A stretch of DNA of 64,000 bases from the NCBI GenBank assembly GCA_951406725.2, contig OX597837.1:44454001-44518000 (forward strand). The letters are read 5' to 3'. Both the position numbers and the translations under genes were made by a program. The notes under the pieces were generated by a model, which saw nothing but the letters and a program-made list of their open reading frames with translations, did not search any database and was not told where the DNA came from. This document shows, in pieces, positions 43,491-58,190 of the stretch. How positions within the stretch are numbered: the stretch's first letter is position 1; each line of letters opens with the position of its first letter. The stretch is from Octopus vulgaris. Its lineage: Eukaryota.

Positions 43491-43577
43491 CCAACAGGAA
43501 CATCATTGCCACTATCACAACCATCCGTAACACCTGGACTGAACCAAAGCACAGCCAATTCCTTACAAAGTACTTTG
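43491..43577 (+). CDS. Mucin-like PTS exon M9
   Basis: ttttgtttgtag|CCA...TTG|gtacat. Translates PTGTSLPLSQPSVTPGLNQSTANSLQSTL. 87 bp. Confidence 0.83.
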
Positions 43578-43745
43578 GTACATATCTACATCATCTTCTT
43601 CTCACGCCTTTTATTTTACATTTATCTATCTATCTTCTGACTGCCTACCCTTCTGTCTAGTCCCTAAGTTAAAACCAGAAATTAAGTGTAAGAAATTTAA
43701 GACGATTGCAATGAAAATATACCAAACAAAGAAACTATATAAAAA

Positions 43746-44260
43746 CTAGCAGTATCGCCCGGCGTTGCTCGAGTTTGTAAGGGAAATAACTATATAAGCA
43801 TTTTTAGAGAGTTACCTCCCTTATAGATGCCAATTCGGGCTTTCTTAGCCATTTCTGTTTTGGTGTCTTCAAGCCATGAAGTCGTTGTTCTAAAAGAACG
43901 CTGGTCTCCTTGACAACGCTTTACGACGTTGATTTCCTTACACTCCCTTCCCCACAGCTTCACGAGGGAGGGAAGAAGGGGGAGAAGCAACACAGGTGCA
44001 GGTGTGACCATGGACGCCAACTCCGCCGCCATCGACACACGAAAAAATATGCATTAAAATGGAATAAAAAAATGATGTTAAATTATTTTTAAAATCGTAG
44101 ACTCATCGTAGACGCGCGCTAATACCCAGACGGGCTTGATATGAATCACGACTATAAGATACCCGAATTTGGTTAAACTGCACCGCAAAATGTGGGAGTA
44201 GTTAGGAATCTAAATCGTAGGAGACAGACACTCACACAACTACAGTTTTATATATATAGA
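43746..44260 (-). mobile_element. Non-autonomous Helitron
   Basis: Minus strand A|TCTATATATATAAA ... CAACGCCGGGCGATACTGCTAG|T: 5' TC, GC-rich subterminal motif, 3' CTAG, inserted between A and T with no TSD. Confidence 0.8.
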
Positions 44261-44384
44261 TATGCAATGGTAGAATTAAAATTTAAATGGTCTTGCCGAA
44301 GTGTTACTTTAGAGGGAAAGGGTTGAATATATGATGAGAAGACGGTAAAGCGGAGATATGAGGTCTTTGGAGTCAAACTCTAAG

Positions 44385-44676
44385 CAATGTTTCCCAGCCT
44401 TTTTTCTGCAGGCCCCACTATAACTTTCCAGAAAAATGCATTCCCCACCGGAGGCTGGAGTAAAATAACAACTTGATTATTATCATTTTATCACGATTGT
44501 TTAATACAAAAGTATCTACCGGTAACTTTTCAGTAAGTACTGAGTACAAAAAAGTACGTTATTGATTTTAAAAAAAGATTGTCACAATTCCATGTCCCAC
44601 TAAAAAAAAAAAAAGATAAAAGATTGGATCCAACAGCCCACCACAAATTTCCCAGGCCCCACCTTGAGAATCACTG
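44385..44676. mobile_element. Possible hAT/Charlie-like MITE
   Basis: Imperfect TIRs CAATGTTTCCCAGCC and CCTTGAGAATCACTG; degenerate TCTAA-containing flanks. Confidence 0.45.
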
Positions 44677-45470
44677 TTCTAAACGAAATGGGAGTTTGAC
44701 GGGGAAAAGTAGATTAAATATTGGGGATATGAGAAGAAACGGTTATGAAGAGAAAACAGTTTATATAACAGTGTACAAAAGTTTAGATACGTACAGAATA
44801 GTAGGGATAGCGAAGAAGACGCTTGTGGATTATAGGAAATAGATTACATGTTACAAAGAAGCCATACAATCAACCGTTCCGGCTCAAAAAGTTGTCTAAA
44901 ATTAATGGGAGAGAAATAAAATATATCAAGGAGCGAAATATTTAAGTTAGTTTGTATAACTTTAAATCTTAAATACATATAAAATTTTTGAAGGTTAAAA
45001 ATGGAGACAACTCATCTTGAGTAAGTAGATAATAATTAAAATATAGATTGAATTATTGAAAATAAATTAGAAAATAATATAAAACACCAAACATGTGGTA
45101 CGATACGTAAACGCTTAGGTGAGATCAGTAAAGGTTAGAAGCATAATTTATGTTTGCTAAATGGTGAAGAGGATCTGTGTTTACAACAAGAAATCCTTTC
45201 ATTATGTTTCCTTAGCAAAACATAGGTGGCGATCTTGCTTGCTATGCTGCCCTGGGGAAACATCTATAGAGTTGATTTGCTTTCGGCTGGTCTGAAAGTA
45301 GCAAATAGGCATAGGAGTGGCTGTGTGGTAAGTAGCTTGCTTACCAACCACATGGTTCCGGGTTCAGTTTCACTGCGTGGCACCTTGGGCAAGTGTCTTC
45401 TACTATAGCCTCGGGTCGACCAAAGCCTTGTGAGTGGATTTGGTAGACGGAAACTGAAAGAAGCCCATCG

Positions 45471-45503
<33 letters not shown>

Positions 45504-46255
45504 CTGTGTGTGTGTGTATGTTTGTGTGTCTGTGTTTGTCCCCCCAACATCGCTTGACAACCGATGCTGGTGTGTTTGCGTCCCCGTAACTTAGCGGTTC
45601 CGCAAAAGAGACCGATAGAATAAGTACTAGGCTTACAAAGAATAAGTCCTGGGGTCGATTTGCTCGACTAAAGGCGGTGCTCCAGCATGGCCGCAGTCAA
45701 ATGACTGAAACAAGTAAAAGAGTAAAAGAGAAGGGACCCCCACCCCACAGAACAAAATCGGCAACGTATAGACGGAGTATCGGCAGAATGAAATATCTTT
45801 CAGTCAGTAAATTAACATCCGAGTGTTGCCGAATGTATTGCGTACTTGGTATGCATTGTACATTTGAAGCAGTCCAATGCATAGAAATAATACATGGTAG
45901 ATAACACAAATAGAAGTAATGTAACAGAACGGACTATGAAAAATTGTAACACCTTATATTCGCTCATTCATTCATTGAGCAGAGTGTCACAGAGGAACCA
46001 CGCTGTTTCATAATCCAGAAGAGTACGTGGATCGAATCTATGCTCCGCTAAGAAATGGGTATTCTTTTCGATATTTGCGCACCGAAACTGAATTGTGTAC
46101 AAATATATCAACCATATACATGTATATATATATTTACAGCGGTAGGCACAAAGTCTGTTATGCAATAGAAATGTATACAGAATGATAAAGACACCATCTG
46201 ACCAGGATACACGAAAGCTCAACAGCAGCTTGTTTTGCTTAGCATATAGAATATA

Positions 46256-46639
46256 CTAGCAGTATCGCCCGGCGTTGCTCAGGTTTGTAAGGGAAATAAC
46301 TATAAAGCATTTTTAGAGAGTTATAGCCAAAAAATAGCCAAAATATGGAAAAAAATGATGGTAAATTTTTTTTTGAGAGTTAAAAGAGGTGGAGTTGCGT
46401 CCCCTAGACAGTTTATGGTTTGTGTTTCTGATTCTCGACCCCATGTCGAATTTATCGATTTTTTCAGAACTGCGGGAACTTTTCAAAATTTTCGCTGCGT
46501 TAGTTTTGAATTATGACATTGGGCTATGTGTGTGTCAAGTTTCATCAGAATCGGTTGAAAGCCGTGGTCAGAGTGAGGGTACAAGCAAACAGACACACAG
46601 AAACACGCACAGACAAACTGCCGTTTATATAGAGAGAGA
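46256..46639 (-). mobile_element. Non-autonomous Helitron (same 3' end, different body)
   Basis: Shares the ctagcagtatcgcccggcgttgctc end with 43746; the 5' end reads TCTCTCTCTATATAAA. Confidence 0.72.
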
Positions 46640-46777
46640 TATATACATATAGAGGTCAATATTTCACTCAAACATAAATTAAAAGGTCTCCTATGTCCTA
46701 CGTAGGGCTTAGCTTTCTACTTACACTCCTATATAAAGGAGCGTTATTTCGTTTATATATTTGGGTTTATAAAAGTA

Positions 46778-47170
46778 CTAGCAGTATCGCCCGGCGTTGC
46801 TCGGGTTTGTAAGGGAAATAACTATATAAGAATTTTTAGAGATGTAAAGTATAATAGCCATCTCAATATAGCTAATCACAAAGGTGGGGGGGTTACTGTA
46901 GCTTTTTACGTTCTGAGATTTAATAATAAATTTTTAGAGAGTTACTTCCTTTATATATGCCAAAAATGCATTAAAAATGGGAAAAATTAATGGTAATTTT
47001 TTTAAAATCGTAGACTCATCGTAGACGCGCGCTAATACCCAGAAGGGCTCGATATGAATCACGAGTATAAGATACCCGGTTTTGGTTAAACTGCACCGCA
47101 AAATGTGGGAGGAGTTAGGAATCTAAATCGGAGGAGACAGACAGCACACAACCTCACTTTTATATATAAA
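46778..47170 (-). mobile_element. Non-autonomous Helitron (same family as 43746)
   Basis: Same CTAG terminus and a shared internal block (aaaatcgtagactcatcgtagacgcgcgctaataccc...). Confidence 0.75.
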
Positions 47171-48080
47171 GTTTACAGTGATATTTTATCGTATTTTAAA
47201 GTATATGGAAGCAGAACCTATATAAATAAGCGTTGACTTTTTAGAAGTAACAGCTAATGATTTCCTTTGGTGATTAGTTTACCCTAATATTAGAAGCTTT
47301 AATTTCCTTTCTCTCTTCCTTAACCTTCTTTATCTTACCTCATTCTCTCCTCCCTATCTTTATCTCACCTCGATTTCCTTTGCTTTTATTCATAACCCTA
47401 TTTTCTCTATGCTACTCTCATCTCTTCTTGAGGTGTTACAACTAGCTACTTTAATTTCTCATCCATTTTTAAAATCCTGGCGCAGTTAAGGAAAATTTCA
47501 TACCATTTCTACTCACCATTGTTTCCCTCCAACGTTCTCCCAGTATTTACATCTTCATTCTTTTCTTGCTTCTGACTAAAATTTTTAATATTTATTTTTT
47601 TATCTATTTTAATCTAATTTTCAAAGATATGACCAGAAAGAGTTCAATTTCAGCTTAGTTCTGGATGATTCTTCTAAACCTATTATATATATTAGAAAAC
47701 ATTAATAATTTTTTATTCGTTGTATAAGGGAATCATCCAGCTGAATTTCATCTATCATTTCCTTAATTAACTTAAAATATGTTAATTATGTTAATATTAT
47801 TGTATCCTTTAAGGCAGCAAGCTGACTGAATCATTAGCACATCATTAGCGGCATTTCTTCCGTCTTTACGTTCTGAGTTCAAATTCAACAGAGGCCAACT
47901 CTGCCTTTCATCATTTCGGGGTCGTTAAAATAAATACCAGTTGAGCACTGAGTTCGATGTAATCGACTTACACCCCGCTAAAAAAAATTGCTGGCCTTGT
48001 GTCAAAATTTGAAAGTAGTATATATATATGAGTATAAGTTGTATTGTATGTATCCATTTTACCTGTACGGCTGATATATA

Positions 48081-48231
<151 letters not shown>

Positions 48232-48448
48232 AGAAGATTGAAAAGGAACAGGCAGAAACAAAGAAAATGACCCTTGTATTTGAATACGATGGAAATATTT
48301 TTGTAAAAAACCATTTTATTAATTTTTCCACAATTTAATCGTTTTTCATACTTTACTCTAAGCTGGAAACGCCTCAATAACTGAAACCGGTACTAAAATG
48401 TTCTTCATGATAAAATTATGTTAGCATTTTCTACCTTGTCTTATTTTT

Positions 48449-48515
<67 letters not shown>

Positions 48516-48556
48516 GTATATATATGTATATATATGTATATATATATATGTATATA

Positions 48557-48622
<66 letters not shown>

Positions 48623-48779
48623 CATATATGATTTGTCTATCTATTTGATGTGTCATAAATCAATATATAATCTTTATCTGATTTTTTTATTTAATATTTT
48701 TTATTGAAATTTTAATGTTCACTTTATTTTATTAATCCAATTAATCTTACATTCCTATAATGCTGTATTTTGGTTATAG

Positions 48780-48851
48780 CCATCTGTACAAAATTCAACG
48801 GAAGTCTCTAATGGTGAAGGTCAGACAACTGGAAAATCAACTGATAGTTCG
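48780..48851 (+). CDS. Mucin-like/stalk exon M10
   Basis: ttttggttatag|CCA...TCG|gtacaa. Translates PSVQNSTEVSNGEGQTTGKSTDSS. 72 bp, a diverged member of the same exon family. Confidence 0.75.
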
Positions 48852-48985
48852 GTACAAAGCTTATTTCTAAGATATTCTAGTTAACTTGGTAAAAATTGAA
48901 ATACAAAATTATTCCTGCCTTGCTTGTTAGGAAAATGGATTACCAACTAACTGTTCCGTGCGTGCATGACACAAACAAACATACA

Positions 48986-49020
<35 letters not shown>

Positions 49021-49252
49021 GCAGAATAAGTGATTCTGCAGCAAACTGCGTCAGGCGTGAGTAAAAGTGGATAGAGTTCTAACGTCTGGGTTTGTAGCAG
49101 TGAGGATATTGAGGCCCTACGTTTAAACAGAAAGGATTTAATCCCAAATACGATTTTCCATCTCAGTGTGAACACTGAATTCTTCTGCTGTTGCTTGCTT
49201 CCCCAACAATTTCGATTGCATTTTCTTATAGATAGTTTGAAACGTGTAGAAG

Positions 49253-49302
<50 letters not shown>

Positions 49303-49367
49303 GTTTAAATATTTGTTGTGCAAGATTTTTTATTGGCTAAACTGGCAATATGACCATTCCGAAATAT

Positions 49368-49430
<63 letters not shown>

Positions 49431-49578
49431 ATTGCAGCGTGGAAAGTGTTTATAAGCTATTTAAGAAATACACAAAAACCGTTAGATTCACGTCAGCATT
49501 TAAATTTTATTTGTCAAAATATTTTCGTTGCTTTGAGACTGCAACCTATTCACTGACAAAATTCCGTGCTGCATCTCC

Positions 49579-49622
<44 letters not shown>

Positions 49623-50286
49623 TTGTGTGTGTGTGTATGTGGAATTATTAGTGATAACATTGCATTGCTAGACCATACTATTATCGTCAATGGTTTAAAG
49701 AATAAACTCAAATAATCAGTGGACTTTGCCCAAGCACTCAAACCAATTCAATTCAGTCGACCATTCTTTCAAGACCAAGCACCAGCAGCTCTAGAATCTT
49801 CACTCTTCTAACCAAATTTATCAGAATTCTTCTCTTGAATTAATGGTTATAGACGTAAAACCGTTTTAATTAAAATGCCGTTTCAGGAATTTACCATACT
49901 ACAAGATATAGCTAACTATTATTTTCCCATCAGCCTGCAGTAAAACGCAAGATATTATATAATTTAGCTGACTACACTAATACTTATAATAATATAAATA
50001 ATGAGTAGAGCTTCGTAAATTGCTTACCTCTACATTGCTTCATGTCTAAAATGTATACTATATATTTTTCATATCTTACAGCTTATACACATACATACAT
50101 ACATGCATGCATACGTACTCTCATACATACATAAATATTCATACATATAATATATTATATATATTATCTACTTTTCTCTCTCTCGCTCTATATATATATA
50201 TATATATATAATATAAAAATAAAATGTAATATCAAATATGATACAATACAATACTACATAAAATAAAATAATATATATATACATAC

Positions 50287-50338
<52 letters not shown>

Positions 50339-50456
50339 TAATTTATATATATATATTTGAAAATAGTGACTTTACAATACGTATATGCATAAAATATTGC
50401 ACAGGAAAGCGGCCTTGTTACGACTAATGAATAATATAACACACACACACACACAC

Positions 50457-50496
<40 letters not shown>

Positions 50497-51116
50497 CTTG
50501 TTTATAAATGTATATATGTACACATATTTATGCATATATTATATATAATATATATATAAGTGGGTATCTGTGTGTGTGTGTATACATATATGTATACACA
50601 CATAGATACCCACACGCACTCAAACACACACATACACAAACACACAAACACACAAACAGTATATCAGTACTATTGCTTGTTATCTCCTGCCGGTACCTGG
50701 AGGTGAGATCTTCTATTAGAATAATGCCATTGAAAACTACCTTTATACACACCTGTGAATAGTCTACGTTTGATAAAATACTTCTTATTTTTATGCTCAT
50801 CTTTATAGAATTTCATAACATTATATTAAATAATATTAAGAAGTTCTACTAATATTACAAATTTTCCTGTTGTCGCTTTGGTTTTGATATCGCAATGTCT
50901 CTATATTCCAATGTGCAATCATCGTCTTTTTCTTTTGTTTTAATTAATCATATTCATTGCAAATAATCTGAATGTAAATATTATCGTTAATTACTGAGTC
51001 TTGTTTTGAAAATTGTTTGTGCAGTAAATATTTTGTACATTTTGTTAATATTGGTATATTGTGAACTGTTCTTTTTATAATATATTATGTCTAATAAATA
51101 TAAATGTTTTCTATTA

Positions 51117-51213
<97 letters not shown>

Positions 51214-51233
51214 TATATATATATGTATATACA

Positions 51234-51294
<61 letters not shown>

Positions 51295-51373
51295 TTATAT
51301 ATATATATGTTTGATTATATTATTGATACAGTTCTATATTTGAGAGATGAGGAATTATGTACATTATTTACAT

Positions 51374-51648
51374 TATTTACAGTGGACGGATATTTGTCCT
51401 CGTCTTGCTTGTTGTTAACACAACGTTTCGGTTGATATAACCTCCAGTCTTCATCGGGTGTCTAGGAGAAATTTTGAACCGGGTTCTCATTCCTAAGGTA
51501 TTAATAACAACATCGAAAAATACCTTAGGAATGAGAACCAAGGTTTGAAATTTCCCCAAGACACCTGATGAAGGTTGGAGGGTATATCAGCCGAAACGTT
51601 GTGTTAACATCAAACAAGATGAGGGCAAATATCCGTCAAATGTAAATA
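51374..51648. repeat. Fold-back element carrying hammerhead motifs in both arms
   Basis: Arms of ~125 bp meet at ggttctcattcctaaggtatt / aataccttaggaatgagaacc. Confidence 0.88.
51560..51605 (+). ncRNA. Minimal hammerhead motif in one arm of a fold-back element
   Basis: GACAC CTGATGA A GGTTG...CAGCC GAAAC GTT GTGTT, with an ACGT palindromic minimal stem III. The opposite arm carries a CCGATGA-mutated copy. Confidence 0.7.
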
Positions 51649-51736
51649 GTGCAAACAATGATAATAATATTGTATTGAAAAATTACTCAAATTCTTTTGT
51701 TATGTATACTTATATGTGGTTATGTATAACTGTATT

Positions 51737-51909
<173 letters not shown>

Positions 51910-51918
51910 TATATATAA

Positions 51919-51963
<45 letters not shown>

Positions 51964-52496
51964 ACCGAATTATATACATATCTCTATATAGTTTATTTAG
52001 ATATTTATAATTACATATATATAAATATCTGATAGGTCACACCTACCCACACACACACCTACACACACGCATGCACACACATATACACTTATAACATAAT
52101 ATATATTATAATATGTATGTATAAATAAATGATGATAATATAATTGAATGTGACACTTTTCATTTTGTTTCTTATTTAGAAAATCTAAGAATCACATTTT
52201 ACCCTTGAGTCATGCTCTGTTCTATAAAGCCAGTAAAAAGCCTAATCCAGACAAATCTGTATCAAAATATGTCTTCATTTCTAGTGATACATGCATACAG
52301 AATTTAATTATGTTGGATAACTCAATCTTGTGTGTGTTTTTTTTTTAAATATGTGAAACGTTCTTTTAAGCTCCTCAAAGATATATTTTCCGTTTATGAA
52401 ATCATGGCATACAATCCTTACGAGGAACCTCATTGTTGTAATTGCTGTTGTTGTTGTTGTTGTTGTTGTTGTTGCTACTGCTGTTATTTTACCCTA

Positions 52497-52549
<53 letters not shown>

Positions 52550-52958
52550 AAGACATTCTTGTATAAGATATTTGATTGCAATTAATTAAGAAATATGATA
52601 AACTTGTTCATAATATGCTTTTACAAATTCTATGCTGTAATTTTGGTTAATGGCATCAAGGTGATGCTGATATGTATATAAAACTAGAGAAAAGAACGTG
52701 AGCTTGAACTTCGTATTCCTTAGTTCATGTTACATATGTTTCAGTATTCCGCAGCACATGATATCACACAAATGCGATCCTTAGATGCACCTCAAAAATG
52801 CAGCACACGTGATCAAACCGAACGCTGCATCATTATTGATGCGTTCTTTATGTTACGTTACAGCCCCCCCCCCCCCGCAGACCGCACCGTTGGAAGTTTA
52901 GCAATATAAGACGAAACATGAAGTGTAAAATTGTTGTGCGATGAGTACAAGTCTCCTA

Positions 52959-53032
<74 letters not shown>

Positions 53033-53084
53033 CGTATATATATATATATATATATAGATATACATATATATATATGTATATGTA

Positions 53085-53115
<31 letters not shown>

Positions 53116-53747
53116 GTATATATATGTATGTATATATGTATATTTATAAATATGTATGTATATATGTGTATAAATACATATATATGCATATATACATATA
53201 TATGCATATATATATGTGCATATATACATATATATGCATATATATATACACATATATACATGTATATATATGTGTGTATGTATGTATGTATTAACTGTGT
53301 GAGTTCGAGTCCATGAGCAGCAAGGGTTATCATGATGGCATTTCTATAGTGGAAAATGAAACGTCCGTCGTTGGTTACTTTTGCCTTTTGATTCGGAAGC
53401 CGGTCCTTCCCAAAATTTAACCCCAGCTGCTGCTGGTGCTCCTTTCTAGCTGAATAGAGTTGGATGATGAACGATGCAATGTCTTGCTCAAAGATGCAAA
53501 ATGCACCTCGGTCAGAGAATCGAACATACGGACTTGGAATTCCGAGTCCAACACCTAAGAGTTAGGACACGGGGATCTTGTTCTATAGATATGCATAATG
53601 AAAAATATTTAACAAAAGTTAATGTTCAAGGTCTTAAAAATTATAATCTTTGTGTGAATTATTAATTGTATATTATTTTAATTCAAGAAATACTTTTTCT
53701 TTTAATATATATGCTTATATCTATTTATTTCTTTTCTCTAATTTCAG

Positions 53748-55932
53748 TTCGTTCCAACGACGACAACACTTGGTGGCGCAGTATCGGTAGTTATTTTCTT
53801 CTGTATTTTAACCATTATGGGTCTTGTTCTTCTTGTAGTTGTTATTTGTTTATTGGTGCTGTGTATACGTGCTAGAAAACTAATGCCCATCTTCCCTTTC
53901 CAAAACTCTTTCAATGGCCTATCGAATGTAGCTAAAAACAATTCGACAGACATCTTTTCAGACAATGCTAAGAACAAAAACCAGCAAGCTGCGTCTTTGG
54001 CGCCGTTGCGCCGACACGGAGCTGGGAAGCTGTCAGTTTCTTTAGGTAAGGACCAGAACGGTTCACTTATGATTAAATCGGTCACCTCTAAAAACGAATC
54101 AAAAAGACCAGCCTTGAATATAAAGGAAAGCGACACTTTTGGTGCTCCCCCTCGACTCACTCGTTCATTGACCCCTGTACATTTGGAAGTTCCCAAAAGA
54201 CCCCCATTGCAGAAATTAGACGAAAGGCCCGCTAAGAACAACAATTTTGTTCAAAGTAACGAAGTAATAGTTGAAATCGAACGTCCGCCCACAAGAAACC
54301 GCTATGGAAAATCAGAGTTGCAAGAACTACGTCAGCAACTCACATCAGATCGAACTTCCAATAACGAGACCGAAACTTTATGTCTACCATCAATGGCCGT
54401 CAAAACCCCGTTGGAATCAGAGAAACTACGCAGAAGAAAAGCAAGATTTAATAAGGAAATCAACAGAAAAAGTAAATATGGCTACAACAACAATAATAGA
54501 AGTGACAGAAATAACGAAGGTATGTCCGGTGACAGAAGATCTTTGAAGAGAAGCGAAGGAAGGAGGTCATTTAAACGTTCACCTGAGACAGTTAGACAGA
54601 GTTCTGCCTTAAAGTTGAACCATAGATTAAAAAGATATTCTCCCGGAAACACAATTAGGAAACTCCCCGGCATCGAGAGAGCTGAGTTACCAAAGACAGA
54701 GCAAGAGAATGCAAGTACTGTGTCCCGATTACCAACCAAGTGCAGAGTGACATTAGATGACTGTTCTGGTATTAAAGAGAGGCCACCTTCTGTTCCCCCA
54801 AGAACATGGATTATGGAACCAAATATTGAACGAGTAAGTTCTCCGTCTTTTCAGAAACGAGACGACCGCCTGAATCAATCTCTCAATGTCTATAATAAAA
54901 GTTCTCTTTTAGCGAAGAAAGAAGAAATTTTGTCGAAACGAATTTCAATGTCGCTCGATCGGACACGATGTAGTAGTAACAGAAACTCTGATGAAGCGCT
55001 GCTACCTTTAGCCGTCGACGTAGATCATTCTTCAACAACATTGTCGTCGTCTTACGAAGATACATGGCCGCCAAAAATGCCGCCAACTGTACAGACCTCA
55101 TATGGTATTCCGTGTCAACCAGCAACGAGAACCACCAAAGAAATCGATAATGTTGACGGTGATGACAATAACAACAACAACAGACACAAAAACAGTAAGG
55201 ATAATAATAACAGCAATGATATCCTCATAAATGAAGTGAAGAGAAAATTGAAAAAATATAGGCCAACTTTATGTCCGGATAATTTGAGTCACCATACCGA
55301 TCCGCCTTATATAAATATGTCACGATCGCCAAACGCTAGGACACCACGAGTAAAATCCCCTGCAGAGTCGACAAACACTCCGAAAACAAGTTGTGTTAAC
55401 GTCCCCGAATCTGACAATGTTTACGCTTCAAAGTCTTACAGTAGCAGATGTGAAGATGGTTATTTAGAACCGTTTTTGAGGAGTTCCTGCCTTGAAGCTG
55501 ATTTAATTGCGAGAGCAAAGCTAGAGTTAATATTAAAATATGCAGAACAACAAAGACAATTGAAAAAACTTCAGAAACAGCAAAGAAGCGAAACTCTGGA
55601 GAACTTGTCTTCTACGCTCGATGTTGAAGACCTTCTGGGAATGACCAGCAATTTCACTGATATTTCCACCGAAACAAACAAAATGGATAAACGTATTTCT
55701 CCTAATTATTTCGAATGGCAGAAATCATTGGGACTAACGGAGGTGGATTCCTCTCTGGCTTTTTACCCGACACCCAGTTTCGATACTAGACACCTCAAGA
55801 AATTCAGGGCTACGAAGGACCACCCCGAATCACTCCGGGAAACAACGATTTCGTCATCTCAGAATTCTACCACTGTCGCTGCCTCCACCACTCTCACTGC
55901 CAACGCCGCTACTGCTACTGCTGCTGCTGCTG

Positions 55933-55992
<60 letters not shown>

Positions 55993-56184
55993 TGCCCGAA
56001 GAAGCTACTGTTTCGACTTCATCAGCGTTTTCATCACTACCACGGACAGCACAGCAGCAACTAAGGTTAAGATCTTCACCCCTACCTCCGACACCACCAC
56101 CACCACCACCACCACCGTCTAAGTCATCGTCATCACCATCATCATCATCATTACCAACGTCGACGTCGTCGCCATCGTCTTCCA

Positions 56185-56222
<38 letters not shown>

Positions 56223-58190
56223 AACATTTTCTATTACCACTCCGGTCATGTCACTTCCTACGGTCAGTTTATGGTGGACGCGCCACTCTACCAAAGAACG
56301 AACATCGAAGAATACCTGCCCGTCGCTTTCCACCATGTTGAATTATCCGTAACGCCAACAGCACCGGCGAGGAGTGAACGGCCACGACCATCGCTACGAC
56401 CACAACCGCCACCACCACCACCACCACCGCCGCCGCCGCCGCCACCAACACCACTACCGTCGCCGGCGCCGCCACTAGCATCAACACTTTCGCCAGCCTT
56501 GTCGCCATCGCAGCTTCTACTGTTACCTGTATGCGCGTTATCGCAAACACCTTTGCTGCCAATGTCTTCGGGATCATCTCCAGCATTAACTGTTTTATCA
56601 TCTATACCCACGTCCCCACCATCAACAGTCACGACAGCGGCAATGACAGCAACAACAACAACAACAACGGTGACGATAATGACAATAGCGACAGAGTCTA
56701 CAACAACAAAAGCAAGAACATTAGCAGCTCCGCAGAAAATTCTTTCAGCTCCGCAGAAAATTATTTCAGCCCCGCAGAAAATTCTTTCTGCGGAGAGCAC
56801 GATACAATGTCGGAATCATAAAAAATTACAAAGACATCCGCCTGATAGAGAGCCAAGCGGAAGTGATGGGTCACGTGGACTGATATCTTCGGACCATCGT
56901 CGAAAAGAACAAGAACAGGTACCTCAAACAAGTTTGTCTCGTCCTGAAGATCGAGGTGAACTTTGCCAAAGCGAATTACATTTATCAGAAACAAATGGCA
57001 TGGAAAAGATGCCCATACCGAAACAGCCATCGAAAGTTAGATCCAGAAAACATAAAATAAACGAAGACGGAGATGGAACGGTTTCGATACTCAACGATAC
57101 AAAGGAAATAATCGACGGTTCCTGTAAAAAGAAATCCTTTCTTGAGAGTTCGGTGGAACTGTTGAAGTATGAAGATTGTAGTTCTTTTAATCACGAGACT
57201 GATACGAATCGATCTATCGCAGAAGAATTTACCATGGAGAACTCTTCGACGCTTCCTCGTCCAGTCAACACCGATCGCGAAACGATCGACTCTTTGGACC
57301 TCCTCGATTCCATTTTTGCTGACGATAACGACTCGTTGACATTTTCTTCGAGCGAATCAGTTTGTGCACCGTTGTTCTTCGATGAATCTCATGGAAAACA
57401 GAAGGAGTTCGATAACTTATTTATTCAAGGGACCTCAGCATTCTACCGATCGGACGAAGACGACGCCATTTACGAAAAAGACGATGATGATGATGATGAT
57501 GATGATGACGATGATGATGATAAAAACGATGATCATGAGGATTGTATTGTTGGTGGTGGTGGTAATGATGATGATGGTAATATTGAGAAGAAAGATGAAA
57601 AGGATGACAACGATGCTGAGGACGACGGCGACGTCGTCGATGATGATGATGGTGATGGTGGTGATGGTGACAATGGTGGTGACTGTGGGGGTGAGGATTT
57701 ACAAGGTGATAGAAGTAAAGAGGTTACTCATCGCTGTTCTCATCATCATGATCGTAATAGACACCACAGACCTCATAATCACCATCATCACCATCACAGT
57801 TACAGTCAACATCAACATAATTTCCCATCTCATCAGCATCATAAGCAGCAGCGGCAGCAGCAGCAGCAACAACAACATTACCAACAACACCACGAAGAAC
57901 AACAGACCGGCATTGACGATAATTTTCTCCTTTCTAGTCGTTTAAATGAAGATCCACGCCGCCCTAAATCCACCTCTTACTATGTGAATGTGGTGCATAT
58001 GCCATTTACGTTCCTGCCAGTTCTAAACGACCTGAACTACGGTTACCAGGTTCAGCAAACGGATGCAGTTCTAAGAAGCTTCACAAACAGCTATGCGCAG
58101 AATCGTCGGTCAGATTCTACCAATGAAATACAAGGAGACGAGAAGTCAGCAAAGAAGAACGTTAGTCTAAAGGTCAGCAGTGTATATTGA
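53748..58190 (+). CDS. Terminal exon A: transmembrane helix plus ~1,440 aa low-complexity cytoplasmic tail
   Basis: Pyrimidine tract cttttctctaatttcag, then phase-0 FVPTTTTLGGAVSVVIFFCILTIMGLVLLVVVICLLVLCIRARK. This is in frame with the 1457-aa ORF 53817-58190. Contains poly-T/S/P/D/H/Q tracts and ends KVSSVY*. Confidence 0.9.

Noticed and set aside
44690-45180. Purine-rich decayed ORF-like region (similar character at ~47260-47760 minus)
   Set aside because: Multiple stops and no motif I can identify with confidence; possibly an old retroelement ORF1 but unassignable by eye.
53817-53870. Signal peptide of a stand-alone secreted 1457-aa protein
   Set aside because: The frame extends upstream to a strong acceptor at 53747. 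The Met lies mid-way through a ~30-residue hydrophobic segment followed by RARK, which reads better as a TM helix of the spliced gene.
56725-56791. Three 21-bp repeats encoding APQKI(L/I)S
   Set aside because: A real in-frame tandem duplication, but most simply slippage in a disordered tail; no function can be supported.
58173-58190. C-terminal PDZ-binding motif (SSVY)
   Set aside because: Ser at -2 fits class I, but terminal Tyr is atypical; not supportable without conservation data.
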